Below, in pieces: positions 15,737 through 26,281 of a stretch of DNA of 32,000 nucleotides. The position numbers and the translations under genes were made by a program. The notes beneath the pieces are model-generated. The model was not told the DNA's origin. It saw only the letters and a program-made list of their open reading frames with translations, and made no database searches. Origin of the DNA: Corynebacterium glutamicum ATCC 13032 (GTDB lineage: Bacteria > Actinomycetota > Actinomycetes > Mycobacteriales > Mycobacteriaceae); contig NC_003450.3 in the NCBI RefSeq assembly GCF_000011325.1, positions 2,850,001 to 2,882,000 on the forward strand, read 5' to 3'. Every line of letters begins with the position of its first letter. Positions within the stretch are counted from its first letter, which is position 1.

Positions 15737-16583
15737 GGTGAGTTCCTCCACTTCGCCACAATGCGGCAACATCAACAGCGTCCCTTGATACTGGGACATC
15801 GTGCACGCGCACACCCCATGCTCCCATATGTGCAGACACTGCGGTCACCGCTGCGGTTGCTGGGTCGGCATCAATGGGGGTGACATCTAGGCCACGGTCT
15901 TTGCGCACGCCAGCCAGGAATCGCTTCCGGGATGCTCCCACCAGGATGGGGAAAGGTCCAGAAATAAACTCGGGCAGTGCTTGCAGCAAACGCCAGTTGT
16001 CTTCACGTGATTTGGCAAAACCCAAACCTGGATCAAGCACGATCTGGTTTTCGGCCACACCAGCAGCGGTGGCGCGGGCGACAAGATCATCAAGCACTGC
16101 GTGCACATCGGCTACAACGTCTCCACCGTGATCTGCCTGACCTGCGGCATCACCGAATTGGAGGGTGCGCCAGTGCATCAAACACACGGGAATTTGCGCT
16201 TCCGCCATGACAGAAAACATCTCAGGATCAGCCAAACCGCCAGAGACGTCGTTGATCATGGAGACGCCAGCGCCCGCGGCAGCCTGCGCCACGGAGGCCC
16301 GCATGGTGTCTACGGAAGTGTGGATGCCGGCGTCGTGAAGCGCCTTAATGACCGGCACAACCCGGTCCCGTTCCACGGACGCGTCGACGCGCACTGCCCC
16401 AGGCCGGGTGGACTCGCCGCCGACATCAATCATGTCGGCGCCAGCAGCCACCAATTCCTTGGCATGCGCGATCGCCTGATCAACGTCAATGTACTTGCCA
16501 CCGTCCGAAAAGGAATCCTCAGTGACATTGACAATTCCCATGACCAAACAGCGTCCCGGGATGGTCAAAGAGGATACGTTCAT
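15729..16583 (-). CDS. folP: Dihydropteroate synthase
   Basis: 284 aa with the motifs [29 protein letters not shown] and DPGLGFAK. Its ATG directly abuts the folE stop. Confidence 0.95.
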   Translation of the reverse strand: MNVSSLTIPGRCLVMGIVNVTEDSFSDGGKYIDVDQAIAHAKELVAAGADMIDVGGESTRPGAVRVDASVERDRVVPVIKALHDAGIHTSVDTMRASVAQAAAGAGVSMINDVSGGLADPEMFSVMAEAQIPVCLMHWRTLQFGDAAGQADHGGDVVADVHAVLDDLVARATAAGVAENQIVLDPGLGFAKSREDNWRLLQALPEFISGPFPILVGASRKRFLAGVRKDRGLDVTPIDADPATAAVTAVSAHMGAWGVRVHDVPVSRDAVDVAALWRSGGTHHG

Positions 16584-17189
16584 TTAGTGCCCCCGAATCA
16601 GGGAGAACACCTCAGCGCGGGAGGCAGCGTTGTTCTTAAAACCGCCGCGCACCGCAGACGTCGTGGTCACAGCACCAGGCTTACGGATTCCGCGCATGGC
16701 CATGCACAGGTGCTCAGCTTCAATCACCACGGCCACGGCCTGGGCATCAAGCTTTTCGACGAGAGCATCCGCAATTTGGGAGGTCAAGCGCTCCTGAACC
16801 TGAGGTCGCTTAGCAAACATATCCGCTAAACGCGCCAGCTTGGACAGGCCAGTCACCTTGCCGGACTTACCCGGAATGTAACCAATGTGCGCCACGCCAA
16901 AGAACGGCACCAAGTGGTGCTCACACATGGAGTAAATCGGGATCTCACGAACCAGAACCAACTCTTCATGGCCCTCAGAGAACGTCTTCTCCAGCACAGT
17001 GGTGGGATCCTCATGCAGACCCGCGAAAGTTTCCTTGTACGCCCTAGCCACTCGAGCTGGGGTTTCCAACAGGCCTTCGCGATCTGGATCCTCACCCACA
17101 GCGATGAGCAACTCACGAATCGCAGCTGTTGCGCGCTCCTCATCGAACTCGCGAACTGCAGCGTGGTTATCCACGGTTGTCTCCTTCAT
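16584..17189 (-). CDS. folE: GTP cyclohydrolase I
   Basis: About 201 aa starting at [12 protein letters not shown]. It has the conserved [13 protein letters not shown] and HLCMAMRG. The start at 17189 overlaps the ftsH 3' end by 23 nt, and the ORF-track N-terminal extension is rejected. Confidence 0.93.
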   Translation of the reverse strand: MKETTVDNHAAVREFDEERATAAIRELLIAVGEDPDREGLLETPARVARAYKETFAGLHEDPTTVLEKTFSEGHEELVLVREIPIYSMCEHHLVPFFGVAHIGYIPGKSGKVTGLSKLARLADMFAKRPQVQERLTSQIADALVEKLDAQAVAVVIEAEHLCMAMRGIRKPGAVTTTSAVRGGFKNNAASRAEVFSLIRGH

Positions 17190-19728
17190 TTTCCGGATTC
17201 TCCTGTGTGCCCTCAGCGGACTTCCCGGAATCACCATCGATGGGCTGATCTGGAACGACAGGCATTTCTGTGGTTTCAGAAGCATCCAGCACCGACTCTT
17301 TTTGCGCCTTTTCTGGGTAGTCCGAACGTTCATGATCCGGCAAACGGAACCCGATCATTTCGGTTGGGGATTCCTGTGAAACGTTACCTGGGGTATGTTC
17401 CGCACCTGTTGATTGGTCCATGAGTTCGGAATCGCCGAAGCCATAGGCCTTCATACCAGGGTGCTCACCGGATGCGGTTGGAGTCGCGTAAGGGTTGGGG
17501 CGGCCGCCACTTGAATCAGGGGACTGCTCAGGAGCTTGTGCCGGGGTCTGAGCCGGGAAGCCCTGCTCAGCTGGCTGTTCTTCTGCACGTGAGCGGTGCT
17601 TTCCAGCGGAACCGGGCACGCTCCAATCAGCTGGAGGTGGGGTGCCATAGGATCCGGCAGCTGCTCCGGCCGCAGGTGCCACGCCGGCAGAAGACGCAGG
17701 CTGCACCGGCAACTTACCCTGAGCTTCCAATTCCTTGCGACGGCGTTCGCGGGTTGCGCGGGAGGCCTCAAGAATGGAGAACTTCTTTGGTGGTTCTTCG
17801 CCACGTTCCAGTGCGAGCTCCACTGGGGTTTTTACTGGTTCGCGGTTTTCTTGGCGAGGGAATCGTGTGGACTCGTCGGGGAAGACTTCGGCGACCTTGC
17901 GTGGGACGATGTCGTCGAAAAGCGCTTCGAGGTCTGGGCGTCGCAGGGTTTCCTTTTCCAGGAGTTTTTCCGCGAGGCGGTCCAGGTGGTCGCGGTATTC
18001 AGCCAGGATGGAGTAGGACACTTCATGGGCTTTGTCCAGGAGGAACTGGACTTCGGTGTCGATGGTTGCTGCGACTTCTTGGGAGTGGTCCAAGTTTCCA
18101 CCGCCACCGCGTCCGGAGAATGGGTCGCCCTGTTCTTGGCCGTATTTCACCATGCCGACAGCTGGGGACATGCCATATTCGGTCACCATGGATCGGGCGA
18201 TCTTGGTGGCCATTTCAATATCGGCGGAGGCGCCGGTGGTGGGTTCGCCGAAGACTAGTTCTTCCGCGGAGCGTCCACCCATGGCAAAGACCAGGCGGGC
18301 GAACAATTCGTTGCGGTTGTACATGCCCTTGTCATCTTCTTGGGCAGTCATGGCGTGACCGCCGGTGCGACCGCGGGCCAAGATGGTGACCTTGTAGACG
18401 CGCTCGATGTCTTCCAACGCCCATGCGGACAGGGTGTGTCCACCTTCGTGGTAGGCGGTGACCTTCTTTTCCTTCTCGGAAATCACCTTGCCGGAGCGAC
18501 GTGGTCCACCGACAACGCGGTCGGTTGCTTCTTCCAGAGCGTCGGCGGTGATCACGTTGCCACCCACGCGGGCGGTTAGCAGCGCGGCTTCGTTAAGCAC
18601 GTTTGCCAGGTCAGCGCCGGACATGCCGGCGGTGCGCTTTGCCAATGCCTTGATATCTGCATCGGGTGCGAAAGGCTTACCCTTGGCGTGAACTTCCAGG
18701 ATCTGTTCACGGCCGCGTAGGTCAGGGTTGGTGACTGGGATCTGGCGGTCGAAACGGCCAGGACGCAGCAGCGCTGGGTCAAGAACATCTGGGCGGTTGG
18801 TAGCAGCCATCAGAATGACGCCTTGACGATCACCAAAGCCATCCATCTCAACGAGCAACTGGTTCAGGGTCTGTTCACGCTCATCGTGTCCGCCACCCAT
18901 TCCTGAGCCACGGGCGCGACCAACCGCATCGATCTCATCGACGAAGATGATGCAGGGACTGTTTTCCTTGGCCTGCTTAAACAGATCACGCACACGCGAG
19001 GCACCAACACCGACGAACATTTCCACAAAGTCAGAACCGGAAATTGAGTAGAACGGCACGCCAGCCTCACCAGCTACGGCACGAGCCAGCAGGGTTTTAC
19101 CAGTACCGGGAGGGCCGTAAAGCAGCACACCACGAGGGATTTTCGCTCCGAGGGCTTCGTAGCGGGTGGGGTCTTCCAGGAAGTCCTTGATCTCATGGAG
19201 TTCATCCACTGCTTCTTCAGCGCCAGCAACATCCGCGAAGGTGTTGGTGGGCATATCCTTGGTCAGCTGCTTGGCCTTGGATCCACCGATGCCAAACATG
19301 CCACCACCCTGCATGCGGGTGAGGAAGAACATCAGCAAACCGAAGATGATCACCATCGGCAGGATGAAGCTCAGCATGGACATCAGGAAGCTCTCCTGCG
19401 TCACATTGGTGGTATAGGAATCAGTGTTGGATGCTTCCACCTTCTCAAAGATCGCTGGCGCGGTACGAGCTGGGTACTGCGCGAGGATCTCTTCAACGCC
19501 TTCGCGTTCATCCACCGTGATGGGTTCACGCAAGGTCAGTCGGACGCGCTGTTCCCTGTCATCGATTTGAGCTTCGGCGACGTTTCCGGCGTCAAGCTGT
19601 GCCATCGCAACAGAGGTATCGACCTCCTGGAAGTTCCTGGTGTCACTGCTAAACAGGGACACCAAGAACAGAACGATGAGGATTACGGCTGCGATACCGC
19701 CGAACTGCAGGTATTTCTTGTTTTTCAT
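17167..19728 (-). CDS. ftsH: ATP-dependent zinc metalloprotease FtsH
   Basis: It has two N-terminal TM helices, Walker A GPPGTGKT, Walker B IIFVDEID and the zinc site HEGGH. A low-complexity C-terminal tail of about 200 aa follows. The ATG at 19728 (MKNKKYLQ) is preferred over the TTG at 19749. Confidence 0.95.
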   Translation of the reverse strand: MKNKKYLQFGGIAAVILIVLFLVSLFSSDTRNFQEVDTSVAMAQLDAGNVAEAQIDDREQRVRLTLREPITVDEREGVEEILAQYPARTAPAIFEKVEASNTDSYTTNVTQESFLMSMLSFILPMVIIFGLLMFFLTRMQGGGMFGIGGSKAKQLTKDMPTNTFADVAGAEEAVDELHEIKDFLEDPTRYEALGAKIPRGVLLYGPPGTGKTLLARAVAGEAGVPFYSISGSDFVEMFVGVGASRVRDLFKQAKENSPCIIFVDEIDAVGRARGSGMGGGHDEREQTLNQLLVEMDGFGDRQGVILMAATNRPDVLDPALLRPGRFDRQIPVTNPDLRGREQILEVHAKGKPFAPDADIKALAKRTAGMSGADLANVLNEAALLTARVGGNVITADALEEATDRVVGGPRRSGKVISEKEKKVTAYHEGGHTLSAWALEDIERVYKVTILARGRTGGHAMTAQEDDKGMYNRNELFARLVFAMGGRSAEELVFGEPTTGASADIEMATKIARSMVTEYGMSPAVGMVKYGQEQGDPFSGRGGGGNLDHSQEVAATIDTEVQFLLDKAHEVSYSILAEYRDHLDRLAEKLLEKETLRRPDLEALFDDIVPRKVAEVFPDESTRFPRQENREPVKTPVELALERGEEPPKKFSILEASRATRERRRKELEAQGKLPVQPASSAGVAPAAGAAAGSYGTPPPADWSVPGSAGKHRSRAEEQPAEQGFPAQTPAQAPEQSPDSSGGRPNPYATPTASGEHPGMKAYGFGDSELMDQSTGAEHTPGNVSQESPTEMIGFRLPDHERSDYPEKAQKESVLDASETTEMPVVPDQPIDGDSGKSAEGTQENPENEGDNRG

Positions 19729-19860
19729 ACGCAGTGGCAACCGGCTCAACTAAGGCCGTTTTGCCCGTGCCTTTCTCGGAATCGAATAAAAGGGATCTAC
19801 TAGACAACTAATCAAACGAAGTTGAGGGCCAAAACGTTCCCTCTTTCGCACTTTTGATTA

Positions 19861-20463
19861 CTAGTCGGAGTACACGTGAGGCTCGAGGGTGCCCACATAT
19901 GGCAGGTCGCGGTAGCGTTCTGCGAAATCAAGTCCGTAGCCCACAACAAACTCATTTGGAATATCAAATCCAATGTCGAACATGTCGATGTTGGTGGTCA
20001 GGCGCTCTGGCTTACGCAGCAAGGTGATCACGTTGAGGGACTTAGGGTTGCGGTTTTTCAGGTTGCGCATCAGCCAGGACAGGGTCAGTCCGGAATCGAT
20101 GATGTCTTCCACGATCAAAACGTCGCGGCCTTCAATTTCCTTGTCCAGGTCCTTGAGGATGCGCACCACGCCTGAAGAGGAGGTGGAGTTTCCGTAAGAG
20201 GACACCGCCATGAACTCGGACTGGGTGGGGATGTCGAGCATGCGGGAGAAATCTGCCAGGAAGTAGAACGCGCCCTTGAGCACGCACACCAGGATGAGGT
20301 CTTCTTCGGCGTCTTTGAACTCTTCGGAGACGCGCTTGGCCATTTCGGCGATGCGCTGCTTGAGCTTCTCTTCGCTGATCAATACTGATTCAATGTCGGT
20401 GCCGTATGGGTTGGCTGGAACATTGAGATCTTTGTGGTCGGCCATTTCTACGTTGTTGCTCAT
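19861..20463 (-). CDS. hpt: Hypoxanthine-guanine phosphoribosyltransferase
   Basis: 200 aa with the PRPP-binding loop [13 protein letters not shown]. The RBS AAGGGGA lies upstream. Confidence 0.93.
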   Translation of the reverse strand: MSNNVEMADHKDLNVPANPYGTDIESVLISEEKLKQRIAEMAKRVSEEFKDAEEDLILVCVLKGAFYFLADFSRMLDIPTQSEFMAVSSYGNSTSSSGVVRILKDLDKEIEGRDVLIVEDIIDSGLTLSWLMRNLKNRNPKSLNVITLLRKPERLTTNIDMFDIGFDIPNEFVVGYGLDFAERYRDLPYVGTLEPHVYSD

Positions 20464-20496
20464 CGTCGCGTTCCCCTTGTGTTGTAGATTCAGGTG

Positions 20497-21441
20497 TCAA
20501 TCAGTGATCTTAAGCTTGCCACTTTGCCGCACCACTTCCAACCTTCCATTATCGCTTTTACCCACGGCTACGCCACCCTGTCCGCGCCAATCGGTGAGCA
20601 ATCGGTCAATGGCGTCGAGTTTCCTCGAGGTCACAGCGATGCCTTCCCCACGCAAAAAATCCGCCAACATGCGTCGCCTAAGGCCCGTAGGTTCCCCGGC
20701 CAACGTCACAGGAAAACCGTCCTGCCACTCTAAACGCCGCTTCTCGACGTCGCCCTCCACCACTTCGGCATCCTCCACAGCGCGTCGCGCCGCAAGTGCC
20801 AAACCAGGTACAGGGTCTCCCCCGTGCACCTGCGCAAGAAGAGGAATCACCTGGTTTCGGATGGCTACCCGCCGAAAGGCATCGTCAAAATTTTGCGGAT
20901 CGTGCCACGGTTTCAACCCCAACTCCACGCACGCCCCGTGCGTGTGCGCACGCCGAGCCCCCAGAAGGGGTCGAATAATGGATAGCTCGGGGCGTCGAGA
21001 AGCATCTTTCATGCCCGCGGGATTCCCCCGCAAACCGCCAAGGAGATAGGTCTCGGCTTGATCATCCATGGTGTGCGCCACCCAAATCTCATCGGTGAGC
21101 TGCGCAAAAGCCGCGTACCGAGCCTCCCTGGCGGCGGCCTCCATCCCCTCCCCCGGCGCGACCTCGATGCTCTTCACGATCGCCTGTGCGCCCATGTGGC
21201 GCGCCATCGCAGCAGCGTTGTGCGTGACTTCAGCAGAACCGGTCTGCAGATTATGATCGATACAAATCGCCGTTACCTGGGATTTCTCCGCGAGCACAGC
21301 AGCCACCAGCGCCAATGAATCCGGCCCGCCCGACAACCCAATGTGCACATGCTCTTTCAGGTAAGGGCGCACCGCCTTGCGTAATTCCAAGAAATTAGGG
21401 CTTACCCTAGGCAGCTCAAGATTCCCGATGAGGGATGCCAC
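20497..21441 (-). CDS. tilS: tRNA(Ile)-lysidine synthase
   Basis: 314 aa with the PP-loop GLSGGPDSLAL. The GTG start comes one base after the stop of the upstream gene. Confidence 0.88.
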   Translation of the reverse strand: MASLIGNLELPRVSPNFLELRKAVRPYLKEHVHIGLSGGPDSLALVAAVLAEKSQVTAICIDHNLQTGSAEVTHNAAAMARHMGAQAIVKSIEVAPGEGMEAAAREARYAAFAQLTDEIWVAHTMDDQAETYLLGGLRGNPAGMKDASRRPELSIIRPLLGARRAHTHGACVELGLKPWHDPQNFDDAFRRVAIRNQVIPLLAQVHGGDPVPGLALAARRAVEDAEVVEGDVEKRRLEWQDGFPVTLAGEPTGLRRRMLADFLRGEGIAVTSRKLDAIDRLLTDWRGQGGVAVGKSDNGRLEVVRQSGKLKITD

Positions 21442-21442
21442 C

Positions 21443-22726
21443 TTAAAAGTCCCTCAGAATCGACGCCATCTCATCCAAAGCCTCACGCGCCGGCACAATC
21501 GCGGAACCATTAGACACAAAAGCAAAGGTAAACACACGCCCCGACTCCGAGGTCACCACCCCTGCCAATGCCGATGTATCCGTCAGAGTGCCAGTTTTCG
21601 CCCGCACCCAACCCGCACCTGAGAGTCCGTCGTAGCGATCCTCCAAGGTTCCGGTTCCATGCGCGATAGGCAGCGATGTCAATAGTGAACTCAACTCAGG
21701 TTCCGTGGCGGCGCGGGTCAAAATATCATCAAGCAGGCGGGGCGTGATGAGGTTGTCAAAGCTCAAACCCGAATTATCCACAATGGACACGCCACTCAAA
21801 TCGAAGCCCTTGTCCTTGAGAATCTCCAACGTCATCTTCGAGGTACTCGCCGAATCGGTAGCCAAATCCTTCGACGCGGCCACTTCCTTAGCGATACCCT
21901 CTGCCATCACATTGTCAGAATCCTTCATCATCCGAGCAAGACGCTGATCCAACGTGTCAGACTCCACGGATGCCAGCACGGTTTTGTCCGGAGCGCTGCC
22001 CTCATCTACGGTGTCCGCGCCGACACGATCCGCCAACGCCTGCGCAACATCTAACGCCGGAGTATGAGACCTCGGCAGATCCCCCTCCGACCCACCAATG
22101 CGGGCAGCCTCAATCATCGCGGGCTCCACATCAGCGATATAACCAGCATCAACATCCACTGGATCCCACGTACTAGCAAAGCCCTCATCAGGCCAAATAG
22201 ACGTATCGATCAACACAGTGCCAATATCTTGCCCCTCAAGCTGGGTGGCCAAATCATCGAGCATCTCCTCACTCAACGTGACATCACCACCCGCCTTAAT
22301 CACCACCGTTCCCGGCTGCTCCCCCTCAACAACCTTCGTTGTGATGGTGTCCTCACGGCCAAGCTCATACAACGCCACCGCCGCCGTCAAAATCTTCGTC
22401 GCCGACGCCGGCCTCACCGCAGTCCCCTGATTCTGCTCCCACACCACCTCACCAGATTCCACATCCCTGGCAACACCGACAAAAGTGCCCAACCGAGAAT
22501 CCGCAGCCTGCGAGGTCAAATCCTTCTCCAAAGTGGCAAAATCTGGGGCTTCCAAAGCATCCGGATCAATCGCAGAAGAAAACAGCTGCTCAGGCATCTC
22601 CACCGACATGGGCTCCGGGTGATCCAAACCAAAACCAGAATGATTCACCCACACGCCACCACCGATGACAGCCCCCACTGCAATCAGTACACCAACCGAT
22701 GAGCCAACCCACCACGCATTTTTCAT
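21443..22726 (-). CDS. D-alanyl-D-alanine carboxypeptidase/endopeptidase, PBP4 (DacB) family
   Basis: 427 aa with an N-terminal membrane anchor/signal. It has SxxK (ASATKIL), SxN (DSDNVMAE) and KTG (AKTGTL) motifs, and a strong AAGGAG RBS. Confidence 0.88.
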   Translation of the reverse strand: MKNAWWVGSSVGVLIAVGAVIGGGVWVNHSGFGLDHPEPMSVEMPEQLFSSAIDPDALEAPDFATLEKDLTSQAADSRLGTFVGVARDVESGEVVWEQNQGTAVRPASATKILTAAVALYELGREDTITTKVVEGEQPGTVVIKAGGDVTLSEEMLDDLATQLEGQDIGTVLIDTSIWPDEGFASTWDPVDVDAGYIADVEPAMIEAARIGGSEGDLPRSHTPALDVAQALADRVGADTVDEGSAPDKTVLASVESDTLDQRLARMMKDSDNVMAEGIAKEVAASKDLATDSASTSKMTLEILKDKGFDLSGVSIVDNSGLSFDNLITPRLLDDILTRAATEPELSSLLTSLPIAHGTGTLEDRYDGLSGAGWVRAKTGTLTDTSALAGVVTSESGRVFTFAFVSNGSAIVPAREALDEMASILRDF

Positions 22727-22881
22727 GGGCGCTCCTTCTCCTGCAAATTTTCTTGCGATTCTTCTTGCGATATCAGGACTCCAACCTTATATCGACCGTC
22801 GTCTCACGCACGAACCATACGCGCGGTTCCAAAATTTTCGAGGATTTCCTTGCCCCGGGTCTCGTTTATTTTTGAACACGC

Positions 22882-22887
22882 TAGAAT
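22882..22887 (+). promoter_or_regulatory. Candidate -10 hexamer (TAGAAT) of the ppa promoter
   Basis: TAGAAT matches the corynebacterial TAnaaT -10 consensus and lies 40 nt upstream of the ppa ATG. No good -35 was found. Confidence 0.35.
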
Positions 22888-22926
22888 TCAAGGGCAGTAA
22901 CTAATTTCAACCCGGGAGAAATACCT

Positions 22927-23403
22927 ATGAGCATCGAAGTAACCGTCGAAATCCCTAAGGGATCACGCAACAAGTACGAAATCGACCACGAGACCGGAAA
23001 GGTCTACCTCGACCGCTACCTGTTCACTCCAATGGCATACCCACTGGACTACGGCTACATCGACCACACCCTCGGCGAAGACGGCGACCCATTGGATGCA
23101 CTGGTCATCCTCCCCGAGTCCGTTTTTCCAGCAGTTGTGGTTAAGTCCCGAATCATCGGTGTTTTCAAGATGACCGACGAAGCCGGCGGCGACGACAAGC
23201 TGCTCTCCGTTCTCGACGACCCACGCTACGACCACATCCAGGACATCTCCGACGTGTCCGATTTCCTCAAGGATGAGATCGAGCACTTCTTCGTCCACTA
23301 CAAGGACCTGGAAAAGGGCAAGCACGTTGACGGTTCCGGCTGGGGCGACAAGGCTGAGGCTGAAAAGATCCACGCTGAGGCAATCGACCGCTACAAGGCA
23401 TAA
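22927..23403 (+). CDS. ppa: Inorganic pyrophosphatase (family I)
   Basis: 158 aa with the motifs [24 protein letters not shown] and [10 protein letters not shown]. The RBS GGGAG lies 9 nt upstream. Confidence 0.96.
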   Translation: MSIEVTVEIPKGSRNKYEIDHETGKVYLDRYLFTPMAYPLDYGYIDHTLGEDGDPLDALVILPESVFPAVVVKSRIIGVFKMTDEAGGDDKLLSVLDDPRYDHIQDISDVSDFLKDEIEHFFVHYKDLEKGKHVDGSGWGDKAEAEKIHAEAIDRYKA

Positions 23404-23420
23404 GTCTTTTGTAAATTAAG

Positions 23421-23480
23421 AGCTGCGCATCCCTGCGATTCCGGTTTTCCGGTTTGTTTAGGTGGGGTGCGCAGCTTTTT
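23421..23480 (+). terminator. Probable intrinsic terminator of ppa
   Basis: agctgcgca+tccc (23421-23433) pairs with gggg+tgcgcagct (23464-23476), giving 13 bp including one G-U pair. A T5 run follows. The 30-nt loop is unusually large. Confidence 0.55.
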
Positions 23481-23544
23481 GCATGCTCGCTTGGGCTGGG
23501 AGGGGTGTCCGCGGCTCTTCAACTCCGCAAAACCTGGCACATGT

Positions 23545-23773
23545 GACAAAGATGTCGGATTTTCAGATTCTTTGTCCCACTGGTCTGGCCCGAGCCCCGC
23601 CTGATTCAGCATTCGAGTGCCGCGATCAAACCACGGTGCCCACCAAATCCATTTTCATGATTCGTGGGCATCGTGGTTTGGTTTCAAGACCTCGAAACCA
23701 GTCACAGATGCCCACGAAACTCATTTTGGACCTTCGTGGGCACGCCTGTCTGGCTTTCCAAAAGTCAGCCAGA
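23545..23773. repeat. Degenerate tandem units of paired hairpins in the ppa/speE-like convergent spacer
   Basis: The hairpins are gacaaaga/tctttgtc (23545-23576), ccacggtgcccac/gtgggcatcgtgg (23631-23676), tggtttc/gaaacca (23679-23700), tgcccac/gtgggca (23709-23742) and tctggct/agccaga (23749-23773). The tgcccac..cattttc..cgtgggca core recurs with a 72-bp period. Confidence 0.7.
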
Positions 23774-23902
23774 ATTCCAGCTCAAACCCCAAAAATCACA
23801 CCATCACAGAATGCGATTTAAGGGACTTTCACACCCATCCCGATACAAATACTCATTCGAAGATACCGATCGCTTACATCGCCACACAGCGCATCGTTGC
23901 AG

Positions 23903-25444
23903 CTAGTCGCCTGATTCGCGGTATCCCTTGCGCAGATCCTCCACCACGCGGGGATGATCCAGCGTGGAAGGTTCCAATTCACGAGGCTGATTATCCAACC
24001 CAAACACCCCAGCAGCCACCAGAACTTCATCATTAAGGAAAGTCAGTGGCGGGGTGTCTTCCCGAAGCTCTAATTCCATGTCGGCAGGGCCACACAGTTG
24101 GAAGCCCCAGTCGCCAAATGTGGGAACATGCACGTGATATGGGATGACTTGTTCACAGCCCGCCGATTTCAAGGTTGCTCCAACTCGCCAGAACACATCT
24201 GGAGTGGTGTAGGCGCTGGAGGATTGCACCACCATGCGGCCTTGTTCGTTCAGTCGTGCTCGGGCCAAGGTGTAGAACTCTTCTGAATACAGCCTGGCCA
24301 TGGTGTCGTTGTTTGGGTCGGGAAGATCGATGATGATGGAATCGTAAGTTTCGCCATTATTTCCGCCGGAGCGCAGCCAGGTGAAAGCGTCGTCAACGAT
24401 GATGGAGACGCGGGGATCTTCCATCGCTCCCCCATTGTCAGAGCGCAGCACTGTGTTGGCTACTTCGATGACTTCTGGGTCTAATTCAACTTGGGTGATC
24501 TGCATTGATGGGAATCGGAGGAGTTCCCGTGCTGCGAGGCCATCGCCACCGCCGATGATTAACACCGATTCTGCCTCTGGATTAAGGCTTGGATACACCA
24601 GTGATTCTGTATATCTATGCTGGTCACGAGTGGAATACTGCAAACCGCCATTGAGGTAGAGGCGTCGGTCTTTGCCTCGTTCTGTCACTACGATGTCTTG
24701 GTAGTCAGATTGGTGTGAATAGATCACGGGGTCGCGGTAGAGCTGTGCGCGGGCGGTGGCAACGATCCCGTCGGATTTCACCAACACGGTGGCTAGCGCT
24801 GCGATCGCGAGAAGAAGCGCCACCACGGATACGAAGAAGTGGGTGCGCGGAAGCAAATGTCGCAGCAGCACACAGCCCACGAATAGTGCTGCAACGAGGT
24901 TGATCATTCCGGCTGCTGCGGCACCGCGCATCATGCCAAGCCACGGCAGCAACACAAAAGGCCAGGCCAGGCCACCTAAAAGTGCGCCAAGGTAATCAGC
25001 AGCATTCAAGGTGGCAACCAGAGATCCTGTGGTTTTGGCGTCGGCGAGGCGGCCTTGCTGGATCATGGTCATCAGCAGTGGAAGTTCAGCGCCGACCAGG
25101 ATGCCAATTGCAGCGGTGGCAATCACCAGAATCCACAGGGATTGGCCGATGGTCGCGAAGGTGAAATACAGCACCAGCGCGGAACAACCACCAATAAGTC
25201 CAAGGAGGGTTTCCACACCGAGGAAGGTTTGCGCAGGCCAGTTGAGAAACGGCTTGACCAGCAGTGCACCAAGTCCAAGGGCAGCTACATAACCTGCGAC
25301 GATGAGGGAGGTTTCTACAATTCCGCCACCGTTCAAGCTGGTGGAAAGCGATACCAGGGCTAGCTCATAGACCAGCCCCGATGCCGCACAAATGGAGACG
25401 GAAACTAATAACAGCCAGCGCCAGATGGGTCCTAAATCAGACAT
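23903..25444 (-). CDS. speE: Polyamine aminopropyltransferase (spermidine-synthase-like) fused to an N-terminal polytopic membrane domain
   Basis: 513 aa. The first 200 or so residues form multiple hydrophobic helices. The C-terminal half carries VLIIGGGDGLAARELL and IIIDLPDP, the spermidine synthase signatures. The symbol reflects family membership, not proven activity. Confidence 0.85.
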   Translation of the reverse strand: MSDLGPIWRWLLLVSVSICAASGLVYELALVSLSTSLNGGGIVETSLIVAGYVAALGLGALLVKPFLNWPAQTFLGVETLLGLIGGCSALVLYFTFATIGQSLWILVIATAAIGILVGAELPLLMTMIQQGRLADAKTTGSLVATLNAADYLGALLGGLAWPFVLLPWLGMMRGAAAAGMINLVAALFVGCVLLRHLLPRTHFFVSVVALLLAIAALATVLVKSDGIVATARAQLYRDPVIYSHQSDYQDIVVTERGKDRRLYLNGGLQYSTRDQHRYTESLVYPSLNPEAESVLIIGGGDGLAARELLRFPSMQITQVELDPEVIEVANTVLRSDNGGAMEDPRVSIIVDDAFTWLRSGGNNGETYDSIIIDLPDPNNDTMARLYSEEFYTLARARLNEQGRMVVQSSSAYTTPDVFWRVGATLKSAGCEQVIPYHVHVPTFGDWGFQLCGPADMELELREDTPPLTFLNDEVLVAAGVFGLDNQPRELEPSTLDHPRVVEDLRKGYRESGD

Positions 25445-25857
25445 GCAGCGTTTACGGTTCCCACCACGATCAAGATGACGGCGGCCACGACGGCACCGGA
25501 ACGGAGTTTGGGATCTTCCACGAGATCACGGAAACGTCCCGGAATGACAGCTTCCAACACCGCCATGACCACCACTTGGATAACCAGACCAAGGGCACCG
25601 AACACTGCAGTCTCCAGCAAACCTTCACTCAAAATATCTGAGGAGGTCAGCACAGCAGTGACCACGATGATTCCGATGGAAACCTGCTGCGCCACGGTGA
25701 TCACAGCGGCGTTGGGCAGATGGTGCACAAACACGAGTTCATGCAGTTTACCTGGGGTGATCAAGTCCAAAATCACAAAACCGACCACGAGGATCACTGC
25801 GGCCAACACGAAATATGAAAGGGTGCCGAGCACTCCGTCGACAAGATATTGACTCAT
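25432..25857 (-). CDS. DUF350-family small integral membrane protein
   Basis: 141 aa with four hydrophobic helices and a duplicated ..D...G..ELV/RDLVED.. pattern typical of DUF350 (YjfL-like). The stop overlaps the speE-like start by 13 nt. Confidence 0.8.
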   Translation of the reverse strand: MSQYLVDGVLGTLSYFVLAAVILVVGFVILDLITPGKLHELVFVHHLPNAAVITVAQQVSIGIIVVTAVLTSSDILSEGLLETAVFGALGLVIQVVVMAVLEAVIPGRFRDLVEDPKLRSGAVVAAVILIVVGTVNAACLI

Positions 25858-25867
25858 AGTGTTCTTT

Positions 25868-26281
25868 CTATTTCACGCCACCGCCGGAACCGGAGGATCC
25901 GCCGCTGGAACTGCTTGGTGAGGATGGGCCGAAACCGCCGCCGAGCCAGATGAACGCACCACTGTTGACGCGGTCAAGGCCTTCGACGGTGATGGTGCAT
26001 TCCGGCGTGCCTTCACCTGAGATGATGATCAGGTTTTTGCTGTATCGCAGGTAAGTATCGCCAGTTGCGGGGTCGGTGGCGCGGTCGGTTGGGGTGGACA
26101 TGTTCACGATTTCATCCACCACCCCACTTTCGCCAGCGCATGAGTAGGTGCCGTTGTTTCCGGGCCAGCGGTCGGAGACTTGGCTTCCCACCGCAGGCTT
26201 GGCAAAAACCGCAGCGAACAGGCACAACACTGCTAAAAACAGCAGGATGAATCCTATGCTTCGGTAGTTTCGGGAGCTCAT
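25868..26281 (-). CDS. Small membrane-anchored/exported protein with Gly/Ser-rich C-terminus (DUF4247-like)
   Basis: 137 aa with an N-terminal hydrophobic anchor IGFILLFLAVLCLFAAVFA and a C-terminal GGGFGPSSPSSSSGGSSGSGGGVK. It has an ATGA overlap with the upstream gene. The family name comes from memory of the conserved actinobacterial cluster. Confidence 0.75.
   Translation of the reverse strand: MSSRNYRSIGFILLFLAVLCLFAAVFAKPAVGSQVSDRWPGNNGTYSCAGESGVVDEIVNMSTPTDRATDPATGDTYLRYSKNLIIISGEGTPECTITVEGLDRVNSGAFIWLGGGFGPSSPSSSSGGSSGSGGGVK

Noticed and set aside
15737-15814. ORF-track N-terminal extensions of folB (to 15814), folE (to 17333), ftsH (TTG 19749), the 26278 gene (to 26829), the DUF3180-like gene (GTG 14858) and MarR (GTG 30491)
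   Set aside because: The extensions run into the upstream coding sequence or encode non-conserved Cys/Arg-rich peptides. Internal ATGs coincide with the conserved protein N-termini and with stop-start coupling or better SD spacing.
17167-17810. Low-complexity C-terminal tail of FtsH (about 200 aa) overlapping the folE start, considered as a possible separate gene or anomaly
   Set aside because: It is continuous in frame with the protease domain. Long disordered Pro/Ala/Gly/Glu-rich tails and an adjacent downstream folE are, as far as I know, usual for actinobacterial ftsH. This is not unusual.
16101-22702. Long antisense ORFs inside folP/folE, ftsH, tilS and the PBP4 gene (16101-16829, 17472-18389, 17596-18258, 19195-19803, 20276-21049, 22064-22702)
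   Set aside because: Each overlaps a confidently identified minus-strand gene. They are Arg/Pro/His-rich with no recognisable motifs, so they are shadow ORFs of high-GC coding sequence.
23391-24036. ORFs of 73-139 aa in the ppa/speE-like spacer (23391-23612 minus; 23462-23821, 23617-24036 and 23664-23906 plus)
   Set aside because: No RBS is present, the products are Pro/Ser/His/Thr-rich with odd composition, and the ORFs overlap each other and the hairpin repeats. The region is better explained as non-coding structured DNA/RNA.
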